From a virus: a stretch of DNA of 42,522 nt. Below, one piece after another: positions 13,761 to 20,777 of the stretch. The stretch is taken from positions 1-42,522 of IMG/VR virus record IMGVR_UViG_3300045988_097304; one strand, 5' to 3'. Position 1 is the stretch's first letter, and each line of letters opens with the position of its first letter. Under the pieces are notes generated by a model that saw only the letters and a program-made list of their open reading frames with translations, did not search any database and was not told the DNA's origin. The translations under genes and the position numbers were made by a program.

Positions 13761-14504
13761 TTAGCAGTTGCATCCGCCGCAGTTACCGAACTGGTACGGA
13801 GCCGGAACCGGGAAGGACGGAACCGGGCGCGGGTTGTAGTAGGCGAACTGCTCACCCACATACGCCTTGAGAACATTGTTCTGCGCCGCCTGAGACGCCG
13901 CCAGCTGAGCCGCAAAGAGCTGCTGGTTCTGCTCGGCGATCTTCGCGTCCTTCGCTTCGATCCTCTGTGCCGTCAGCGCATCGAGAACCGCGCGCGCGTT
14001 CGCGTTCTGGTTGTCGATGATGTCGCGCGTCGTGGTCTGGATGGTGTTGCGCGTCTCGCATCCCTGCTGTGCAAGATTGTAGTTGACGCCCTGGATCGCT
14101 TCGCGCGTCTCGCAGCAGCAATTCGCCTGTTGTGCCTGCATCGCGTTAAGCTGCTGCATGAACGCCATCTGCTGGTTCGCCCTGCTGATTTCTGCGTTCA
14201 TGAATCCGTTGCTCATGCTCTGCTGTACGCCGTTGACAAGCTGAGCCTGCGCGTAAAGGCCGTCGCAAAGCCCGTTGTTTACGCCGTCAAGCTTGCGCTC
14301 GATGTTGGCAAAGTCGCTCGTCAGCACATAGCCGTCCATGACGCCCGCGCCGGTGCTGCCGCCGCGATTGCCGCCCCAGCCGCAGAATACGAACAGGAAC
14401 AGGATGATGATCCACCACGCGCCGTCTCCGCCCCATCCGGACGAATTGCGATTATTGCCGGAAGGTTCGACCGGCATGGTCATCGGGATACCGTTTTCCA
14501 TCAT
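13761..14504 (-). CDS. Accessory operon gene 4: membrane-anchored Q/N/A-rich coiled protein with Cys clusters (247 aa)
   Basis: N-terminal SSGWGGDGAWWIIILFLFVFCGWGGNRGG (YjcZ-like Gly/Trp + TM), then internal CCCETREAIQ...GCETRNTIQ repeats. C-terminal GNCGGCNC. Confidence 0.6.
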   Translation of the reverse strand: MMENGIPMTMPVEPSGNNRNSSGWGGDGAWWIIILFLFVFCGWGGNRGGSTGAGVMDGYVLTSDFANIERKLDGVNNGLCDGLYAQAQLVNGVQQSMSNGFMNAEISRANQQMAFMQQLNAMQAQQANCCCETREAIQGVNYNLAQQGCETRNTIQTTTRDIIDNQNANARAVLDALTAQRIEAKDAKIAEQNQQLFAAQLAASQAAQNNVLKAYVGEQFAYYNPRPVPSFPVPAPYQFGNCGGCNC

Positions 14505-14543
14505 AGTGATCTCCTTTCTTTTTGTTAAATCGTGCGCACGATT

Positions 14544-14765
14544 TTAACCCATGAGTTGTTGAAACTGCCTTGCCATGCTTTGCAGCTGGTCAAGCTGCTG
14601 CTGGCTCATTCTGCCGGATTGCAGGAGCTTTTGGACTTCCTGTTTTGGGTCGCCCTGAAAGCTGGCTCTGAACTGATTGAATTGCTGCATCATCTGACCA
14701 AATCCCGGGGCATTGTGCATATTCTGCATATTGCCGCCCAGCATGTTAAACAGCGGATTGCCCAT
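14544..14765 (-). CDS. Accessory operon gene 3: Gln/Met-rich 73-aa protein
   Basis: GGGAGGAAAAG RBS. MGNPLFNMLGGNMQNMHNAPGFGQMMQQFNQF... Confidence 0.55.
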   Translation of the reverse strand: MGNPLFNMLGGNMQNMHNAPGFGQMMQQFNQFRASFQGDPKQEVQKLLQSGRMSQQQLDQLQSMARQFQQLMG

Positions 14766-15204
14766 CTTCTTTTCCTCCCTGCGTGAGCGCGTTCAACTTT
14801 GCCGCCAGCGCGTCAAATTCCGCGCGGGTGACGTATTCCACGTTCGGCGTCTGAGCCGCCTGTACGGGCGCTTTTGCCGTCTGTGTCCGTTCTGAATAGT
14901 CGAATATCCGCAGCGGCAGCGGCATTCCGCTCTGGTCGCTGCTCTTGAGGTAGAACGTGCTGTTTTCGCTGTCCATCAGCAGGACGCTGTTCCCTGCCGC
15001 GACCATGTACGCTTTAGCGCCCTCTTCGCCCTGAACCCAGATGATGGGCGCGGTCTGCGGCGGCTGTGATGCAACCGGCTGTTGCATGGATGCAACTGTT
15101 GGTTGTATTGGATAGCCCTGCCTGAGCTGTGCCAGCTGGTCCGGCATCGGCGGGTTCATCGGCGGCGTGTAGTATCCGCCCGGGTAGCCATTGTAAAAAG
15201 GCAT
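14746..15204 (-). CDS. Accessory operon gene 2: Pro/Tyr/Gly/Gln-rich N-terminus plus a conserved-looking globular domain (152 aa)
   Basis: AAGGAG RBS before ATG 15204. MPFYNGYPGGYYTPPMNPPMP... then IIWVQGEEGAKAYMVAAGNSVLLMDSENSTFYLKSSD. Confidence 0.6.
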   Translation of the reverse strand: MPFYNGYPGGYYTPPMNPPMPDQLAQLRQGYPIQPTVASMQQPVASQPPQTAPIIWVQGEEGAKAYMVAAGNSVLLMDSENSTFYLKSSDQSGMPLPLRIFDYSERTQTAKAPVQAAQTPNVEYVTRAEFDALAAKLNALTQGGKEDGQSAV

Positions 15205-15209
15205 GGCAT

Positions 15210-15584
15210 TCACTCCTTTTTCCAGTAGTAAATGGGCATCTCTCCGCCGCTGTCCCACGTGTCAAACCAATCTCCGTCCTGCACGCAGACCACATGCCCG
15301 TTCATCGCCACAACATAGCATCCAGTCGGATGATCTCGGCAGAAGTCGGCAAGCGTATAGCAGTCCGGGCAATCGTCCGGCAGACTGTGGCGGGTAAAAC
15401 CGTTCTCTCTGAGGTACGCGCCCCAGACCCGATTCGATGACGGCATGTCGTGCCATACAAAACCCTGCGCCGCGATCCCGACGAACGCCCTTTCCCAACT
15501 CTGCCCCGTTGCCCGGCATACTGCGCGTATCGCGCAGTCCCCGACGCGGGTCAGTTCGGGATTGGGGTTGTAAGGCTTGTACAT
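15210..15584 (-). CDS. Accessory operon gene 1: putative papain-like Cys/His protein (124 aa)
   Basis: MYKPYNPNPELTRVGDCAIRAV (candidate nucleophile Cys) ... NGHVVCVQDG..DTWDSG (candidate His/Asp). AGAGGTGA RBS. Confidence 0.5.
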   Translation of the reverse strand: MYKPYNPNPELTRVGDCAIRAVCRATGQSWERAFVGIAAQGFVWHDMPSSNRVWGAYLRENGFTRHSLPDDCPDCYTLADFCRDHPTGCYVVAMNGHVVCVQDGDWFDTWDSGGEMPIYYWKKE

Positions 15585-15659
15585 CGTCGTCACCTCTTGC
15601 TTCCATTCTGCCATTTTGAGCGCGTCATCGCGGGTCACATCCGGGTCAATTCAGGGTAT

Positions 15660-15690
15660 AAAAAAAGCCCGGAAGGTCTCCCCCTCCGGG
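15660..15690 (-). terminator. Rho-independent terminator after the lysis/regulator genes
   Basis: Minus-strand CCCGGAGG..CCTTCCGGG hairpin followed by CTTTTTTT. Confidence 0.7.
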
Positions 15691-15696
15691 TCTTAC

Positions 15697-15963
15697 TCAA
15701 TCGCTCGTTTTTCTTCCAAGCGATTGTCCGTCCGTCTGCCGCCTCTGTCTTGCTCTGACGCGGTTGATTTTGTCCTGTACCTTCCGCGATTCGCGCTTGA
15801 CCGTCTCCGGCGAAATGTGCAGCCGTTGCGCCGTCGCAATCAGGTTGTCCGTCTGCGCTCGGGTGACAAATACCTCTCTCTGCCTGTCCGTCAGCCCGCA
15901 CGCCTGTATCAGCTCATCACGCTCATCCTTGGTAAATCCCGCAAACGTGATCTTGCCGCACAT
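15697..15963 (-). CDS. Small sigma-70 region-4 / LuxR-type HTH protein (88 aa)
   Basis: LTDRQREVFVTRAQTDNLIATAQRLHISPETVKRESRKVQDKI. ATGA overlap with the holin stop. Confidence 0.6.
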   Translation of the reverse strand: MCGKITFAGFTKDERDELIQACGLTDRQREVFVTRAQTDNLIATAQRLHISPETVKRESRKVQDKINRVRARQRRQTDGQSLGRKTSD

Positions 15964-16418
15964 CAGTCTCCCTCCGTGCCCTCGTCGTTCTGCTCCTTAA
16001 TCTGCTCAAGTGCCTTCTTAATAAAGGCAGGGAACGGCACGCCGATGATTGCCAGATTCTCCGTGATGCTCAGTCCCTCATTCGCGACGTAAAACATCGC
16101 CATCGCGTCACGGAAAACCCGCGTTCCTTCCGGCATCACGCGGTCAAGCTGTGCCGCCATGAAGACCACCACCAGCATGACCGCCTTCTTGAGCAAGCCG
16201 TGCCAGCCCGTCTTGCTGTCCAGCTTTCCGCCGTCCGTCTTCGGGCTTTTGCCCATCATCCCGCAAATGCACCCTGTCACGTAGTCAATTCCCATCATGT
16301 AGCACAGCACGATCAGCAACGTATCCCAACCTCCCATTGCACCCGCGATTGCTCCGCCCGCAAGTGCCGCCATCTTGAGTACCTTATCCCAGATTCCCGA
16401 CCAGTTGTTCATGGTCAT
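15963..16418 (-). CDS. Holin, LL-H / TcdE (toxin secretion-phage lysis) family
   Basis: MMGIDYVTGCICGMMGK...LDSKTGWHGLLKKAVMLVVVFMAAQLD...FYVANEGLSITENLAIIGVPFP. Three hydrophobic segments. Confidence 0.85.
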   Translation of the reverse strand: MTMNNWSGIWDKVLKMAALAGGAIAGAMGGWDTLLIVLCYMMGIDYVTGCICGMMGKSPKTDGGKLDSKTGWHGLLKKAVMLVVVFMAAQLDRVMPEGTRVFRDAMAMFYVANEGLSITENLAIIGVPFPAFIKKALEQIKEQNDEGTEGD

Positions 16419-16425
16419 CCCCCTT

Positions 16426-16746
16426 TCAATCCTCGTAAATAATCGTCATTCCGTAAGCCTTGGCAACCTCGTGTTCGATTCTGCATCCACGGGCATTTTC
16501 CCAACCCTTGCAGAAATAAGCAGCATGACACAAAGACATGTTTTCAAGCGACTTCGCGAGGAAACACAAGGGAATGTTTTCAACACCGCGTTTCTTTATG
16601 GCTTCCTGCGAATACCATTCGTCAGTGAACAGGGTATTGATGATTTCATATTCGCGCTCTTTGAGTACGGCAATAGCGCGTTCACGGGTGGCGATAATTT
16701 CTTCGTTTGTTTTACCTGCCATAGGCTGAGATAACATAGCTTTCAT
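16426..16746 (-). CDS. DUF4406 / nucleoside 2-deoxyribosyltransferase-fold-like protein (tentative), low GC
   Basis: MLSQPMAGKTNEEI...LAKSLENMSLCHAAYFCKGWENARGCRIEHEVAKAYGM pattern. AAGGAG RBS. Confidence 0.4.
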   Translation of the reverse strand: MKAMLSQPMAGKTNEEIIATRERAIAVLKEREYEIINTLFTDEWYSQEAIKKRGVENIPLCFLAKSLENMSLCHAAYFCKGWENARGCRIEHEVAKAYGMTIIYED

Positions 16747-16761
16747 TATAGTTCGCTCCTT

Positions 16762-17502
16762 TCAATCTTCCGCGATTTCCCATTTCCCCGCCAGCGTAAC
16801 ATACACGCCGTCGCTCCTTCTGAGCGTCGTCGTTTCCGCGCCGCCCGCGTCCGCAGCGTTCCCCGCATCGGCATCCGGTGTGTTCTCGTCCTCCACCAGA
16901 TACGCTCCTGACATGTACCCCGCCACGCCGTTTTCCAGCTTCCCGAACACCCAGCCCGTGCCGCCCGCCTCGCGGATGACGTTCACCCGCGTTCCGTTCT
17001 CGGCTTTGGCGATGATTTTCGCCGCCGTGCCCGCGCCCTCGCGGATGTTCAGGTAGCCGCTCGTGACCGATACCGTCGCGTTGCCGAATTCCTTTTCCAT
17101 TCCATTCACCTCAATCATCCTGTGCTTTCCCAGCCCGTTCCAGCCGTTCTTCTCCGTCAGCTCGGTTTCGACCGTCCCGCCCCTGCTCTTGCTTGAGTGG
17201 ACGACCGTCCCCTTCTCCGTCACCAGCCCGACGTGATTCACATCGCCCGTACCCACGCCCATGAACGCCAGCATTCCCGCCTTCGCGCCAGAAATGCCCT
17301 CCTGCTTCCATGTCAAATCGCGGTATTTCGCGCTGTTTGCGTCGCTCTCCCAGAGCGCGTTCGTACCTGCCGTCGTGTAGCTTTTCTCCCCGCCCGCGCT
17401 GACGCGGATGACCTTCTTAATGAGGTTGATGCAGTCCAGCTCATCATAGCTTGTGCCAAGCAGTCCCCGCGCCGTGCGGAGTGCTTCCGCCGTCTTAATC
17501 AT
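16762..17502 (-). CDS. Endolysin: NlpC/P60-type cysteine peptidase plus SH3b-like wall-binding domain
   Basis: YDELDCINLIKKV (Cys), VNHVGLVTEKG (His), then SGYLNIREGAGTAAKIIAKAENGTRVNVI..GWVFGKLENGVAGYMSGAYL. GGGAGGGG RBS before ATG 17502. Confidence 0.8.
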   Translation of the reverse strand: MIKTAEALRTARGLLGTSYDELDCINLIKKVIRVSAGGEKSYTTAGTNALWESDANSAKYRDLTWKQEGISGAKAGMLAFMGVGTGDVNHVGLVTEKGTVVHSSKSRGGTVETELTEKNGWNGLGKHRMIEVNGMEKEFGNATVSVTSGYLNIREGAGTAAKIIAKAENGTRVNVIREAGGTGWVFGKLENGVAGYMSGAYLVEDENTPDADAGNAADAGGAETTTLRRSDGVYVTLAGKWEIAED

Positions 17503-17584
17503 CCCAAGCCCCTCCCGCGTGAATGAACCTCGCAATGCCGATGCACGCCAGCAGGCAGAACGCCGCGATTACAATGCCCATCAT
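17495..17584 (-). CDS. Possible 29-aa membrane peptide
   Basis: Read by hand: MMGIVIAAFCLLACIGIARFIHAGGAWDD. ATGA overlap upstream. Confidence 0.3.
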   Translation of the reverse strand: MMGIVIAAFCLLACIGIARFIHAGGAWDD

Positions 17585-17688
17585 TCATCCTCTCCAAGCA
17601 GTTTCCCGACCTGTCCGCGCCACTTCTCCGGCACGCGCTCAAGCGTCATCTTTCCGTTTTTGATCATCCGCGCATAAACCTTTGCCAT
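17581..17688 (-). CDS. Small conserved phage protein (35 aa, XkdX/CD1375-like, tentative)
   Basis: Read by hand: MAKVYARMIKNGKMTLERVPEKWRGQVGKLLGEDE. Typical position between the fibre and lysis genes. Confidence 0.45.
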   Translation of the reverse strand: MAKVYARMIKNGKMTLERVPEKWRGQVGKLLGEDE

Positions 17689-17979
17689 TTACTCCACTTC
17701 GCTTCCCGTCATCATGCCCGCCAGCTCGACCAATGCTTCTTCATGCTCAAGCGCGCGTTCTTCCAACGCCGCCACGCGCTCCTCCAGCGTCGCGCCGCTC
17801 GTTCCATGCTCCTTGGCGAGCGCGGACAGCTCGTCCGCTTCCTCCTGCGTGATTTCCAGCGCATCCGCCAGCGCGGTGATTCGCGCCTGCGCCGTGTCGG
17901 TCGTAAACGGCGTTCCGTTGGTCAGGCGGTTGTAGAGTACCTGATACTTGGCACTGTGCGTCTTTTCGTTTTCAATCAT
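17689..17979 (-). CDS. Acidic coiled-coil hypothetical protein (96 aa)
   Basis: AGGAGGAAAG RBS. E/A/L-rich C-terminus. Confidence 0.55.
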   Translation of the reverse strand: MIENEKTHSAKYQVLYNRLTNGTPFTTDTAQARITALADALEITQEEADELSALAKEHGTSGATLEERVAALEERALEHEEALVELAGMMTGSEVE

Positions 17980-17994
17980 ATGTCTTTCCTCCTG

Positions 17995-19530
17995 TTATTC
18001 GGTGATGTTCGTCGCCGCTGCTTCCAGCGCAGCAATGCGGTCGCTCAGTTTGGCTATCGTCTGAATGGGGTCGGCTCTGCCCGTCACCGTTACGCTGTCC
18101 GCGTCGGTCAGGACAGTGTTTGTTCCGGAGAGTGAAGGGATAGTCGCGCCGCCAGTGGCGGTGAAGGGAACGGAGTCGGCAAGCTGGTATACAACTTGTA
18201 CTGGAGTACCCGCGGCGTACTGGGCGGCGAGATAATCCATCCATTCCCTCAGTCCGTCATTCGTACTTGGATATTTTCCCCCCGGACTATAAACCACAGC
18301 ATCGCCATCAAGTGTTATTCCTATAAATCCATTTTCTCCGTATAATTGATATGGGTAATGACTGCATTTGCCGTTTTTAGAACCGATCGTAGACTCTGCC
18401 ACAAAAGAATCCATTTTATAGAAGTCAACATAGAAGAGCGTTGAATAAATATGACACGGCTCTCGTCCTGTTATCGTTATACACCGCCACTCTCTCTGCC
18501 CCTCTCCAGTTACCGCATCCACTTCGCCGCCATAGACGGTAGAGGGGAGGGTGAGCGTGTAAGCTAAATCGTCTTCCCGCCGCTCGACCCTTACGCTGTC
18601 TCTGCCCTGAATCGGGCGGATGTTCTCCGGCGACGGGTCGCCGCTCCCCTCCTGCGCCGGCGTCCACGATACCGTCACGCCCAGCGGATATCCCCCGAGC
18701 ATCCCGTCCATCTGTACAAGTGTTCCGCTTTTCTCGACCTTGGGGCAGAGCATGTCCGCAATATGCTTGCTGCTCCATGTATCGCCGTCTATGGCGGTGT
18801 CGTCAATCTCCGCTTTGCTTTTTTTGAGCGCGTCGATTTCTCCGACCGCCGCCATATAATCCTGCGGAATCGTCCCCAGCACCCGTTCGCCCTCTGCCGC
18901 GACCGTCTGAACGGATTTCGTCTCCTGCGCCGCGACCGCTTCCACCGCGCCGGAAACCGTCTTGTTGATGCGTTCCTCTGCCTGCGCGACGTTCGCTTCC
19001 GATGCCGCCGTTCTCTGCTCGCTCTGCGCCGCAGCCGTCTTTGCGCTGTCTGCGCTCTCCGCGCTCCCTGCCGCCTGTGCCGCGCTCTCCTGCGCCAGCG
19101 ATGCGGAAACCGCCGCCGCGCTTTTCGCGCTCTCTGCCGCCTTCTGCGCTTCTCCCGCCGCTATGCCTGCTTCTGCCGCATATGCCGCGCTGCTTGCCGC
19201 CTGTGCCGCACTCGTCTGCGCCTTCTGCGCTTCTCCCGCCGCGCCGCCCGCGCTGCTCTCTGCCGCTTTTTGGGCTTTTTCCGCTGCCGTCCTTGCGCTC
19301 TCCGCGCCGGATGCGCTCACCGCCGCCTGCGCCGCCGCGTCCGTCGCCTGCCTGACGCTTTCCATGGCAGCCTGCTCGGCTTTTCCAGCTGCTTCCTGCG
19401 CAATGCCGCGCGTCAGTCCCTCCAGCTGTTCAGGCGTAAAGTCCGCATAGGTGAATGCGTCGCCCTTGTCACCCTTTTCGCCCTTCTCGCCGCGAAAATT
19501 CCGAATCTGCAATTTGATTTTTTCGCTCAT
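17995..19530 (-). CDS. Tail fibre / receptor-binding protein with a short collagen-like motif and an Ala-rich coiled coil
   Basis: MSEKIKLQIRNFRGEKGEKGDKGD, then a long A/E/Q/S heptad-like region and a distinct C-terminal globular part. ATG 19530 overlaps the upstream stop. Confidence 0.65.
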   Translation of the reverse strand: MSEKIKLQIRNFRGEKGEKGDKGDAFTYADFTPEQLEGLTRGIAQEAAGKAEQAAMESVRQATDAAAQAAVSASGAESARTAAEKAQKAAESSAGGAAGEAQKAQTSAAQAASSAAYAAEAGIAAGEAQKAAESAKSAAAVSASLAQESAAQAAGSAESADSAKTAAAQSEQRTAASEANVAQAEERINKTVSGAVEAVAAQETKSVQTVAAEGERVLGTIPQDYMAAVGEIDALKKSKAEIDDTAIDGDTWSSKHIADMLCPKVEKSGTLVQMDGMLGGYPLGVTVSWTPAQEGSGDPSPENIRPIQGRDSVRVERREDDLAYTLTLPSTVYGGEVDAVTGEGQREWRCITITGREPCHIYSTLFYVDFYKMDSFVAESTIGSKNGKCSHYPYQLYGENGFIGITLDGDAVVYSPGGKYPSTNDGLREWMDYLAAQYAAGTPVQVVYQLADSVPFTATGGATIPSLSGTNTVLTDADSVTVTGRADPIQTIAKLSDRIAALEAAATNITE

Positions 19531-19895
19531 CTGCTCTCTCCTATCGCCGGAAGCACCCATAGAACGCCCGGCTCCATCGGCGTAATCATTTCCCTGTATT
19601 CCGTCACGTTCCCGCTCCCGTCCTCTTTCGCCTCCAGCGCGAAGCGGATGTCCCAAACATAGCCGCGCGGCTTGAGCTTTGCCGTGTCCTCCGCCATGAA
19701 GGGAACGCGCGTCACGCCCTGCGCGTCCGGCTGAACCGTCTTTTCAATCAGCCTGCGTCCGCCGACCTTGTCCCGAACGGTAAAGATTGCGCGGTCGTTC
19801 TCCGTCGGGATGTAGCCGCCCTCCGCCGCCTCGAACCCGATCACGCCCGTGTCCCCCGCCGTCAGCACAATTTGACCGCTTGATGCGCAAAACAT
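19527..19895 (-). CDS. Small beta-rich tail-associated protein (122 aa)
   Basis: GGGAGGTGA RBS. Located between the fibre genes. Confidence 0.5.
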   Translation of the reverse strand: MFCASSGQIVLTAGDTGVIGFEAAEGGYIPTENDRAIFTVRDKVGGRRLIEKTVQPDAQGVTRVPFMAEDTAKLKPRGYVWDIRFALEAKEDGSGNVTEYREMITPMEPGVLWVLPAIGESR

Positions 19896-20767
19896 CGTTT
19901 CACCTCCCGTATAAACAGCCTTGCCCCGTTGTAAATGAGGCTTGTCACCTTTACGCCGTTAAAGTACAGCTCGCTCAGCTGTGTTCCGTTAAAAACCACC
20001 GGAATCAAATCGTCCTGCGTTCCCCGCAGAATGACGATGCCGCTTCCGCCTGCCGCCGCCTGACCGCCCTTGCTGTTGTAGCGGCTGTCCTCGTCCACAT
20101 ATCCGCCGCCCGGACCGCCTGCGCCGCCGCCCGTGTTCGCCGCTCCCGCCGTGCCGTCTGCGCCGTCCGTGCCCGGCATGCCGCCTTTGCCGCCCGCGCC
20201 GCCTCCGTCTGCGCCGCCGCTTCCACCCGCTGTCGCCCAGCCGCCGCCTCCGCCGCCGCCGCCCGCGCCGTATAACCCCAACCCAAAGAGGTCTTGCCCG
20301 TTTTCGCCCTGCGTGCCCGCGATGTGCGTGTCTCTGCCGCCTGTTCCGCCTGCGCCGGTGCCCGTGCCCGGCGTGCCGCTGTCCTTCCAGCCCAGCGCGC
20401 CCGCGCCCTTGCCGCCCTGTGCGGTAATGCCGAAAGCCGACGTCGCCCCGCCGTTGCTGCCCGCCAGCCATACCGCCGGAACAGCCCCGCCTTCGCCGAT
20501 GCTCACCGCGTAGCCCTGTCCCGCCGCGATTGCCGTCGTGCCGGTTGCGATGTACCCGCCGCCTCCGCCGCTTCCGCCCGCCGTGTTCGCCGTTTGCAGG
20601 TGGCATGCGCTCGACCCACCGCCGCCCACGCAGCCCACGTCCACGCCGCTCTTGGCGTACTGAAAGGTCAGCGTGCCGCTTGTCAGCAGCAGAATGTACC
20701 AGTATCTCCCGTCGCTCTGCGTCCGGTATGCGCCCGTGTAGCTGAATGCAGGAATTTTCTTTGCCAT
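19862..20767 (-). CDS. Glycine-rich tail fibre-like protein (301 aa)
   Basis: Long poly-Gly/Ala/Thr tracts (GGSGGGGGY, GAGGGGGGGGWATAGGSGGADGGGAGGKGG) between ordered termini. Confidence 0.55.
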   Translation of the reverse strand: MAKKIPAFSYTGAYRTQSDGRYWYILLLTSGTLTFQYAKSGVDVGCVGGGGSSACHLQTANTAGGSGGGGGYIATGTTAIAAGQGYAVSIGEGGAVPAVWLAGSNGGATSAFGITAQGGKGAGALGWKDSGTPGTGTGAGGTGGRDTHIAGTQGENGQDLFGLGLYGAGGGGGGGGWATAGGSGGADGGGAGGKGGMPGTDGADGTAGAANTGGGAGGPGGGYVDEDSRYNSKGGQAAAGGSGIVILRGTQDDLIPVVFNGTQLSELYFNGVKVTSLIYNGARLFIREVKRCFAHQAVKLC

Positions 20768-20777
20768 GCCTTCACCC

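Noticed and set aside
19531-19656. N-terminal extension of the tail fibre ORF (MGHPLRAGGERGRERERD...)
   Set aside because: It overlaps the preceding gene in another frame and is low-complexity Arg/Gly. ATG 19530 gives an ATGA-coupled start with a sensible N-terminus.
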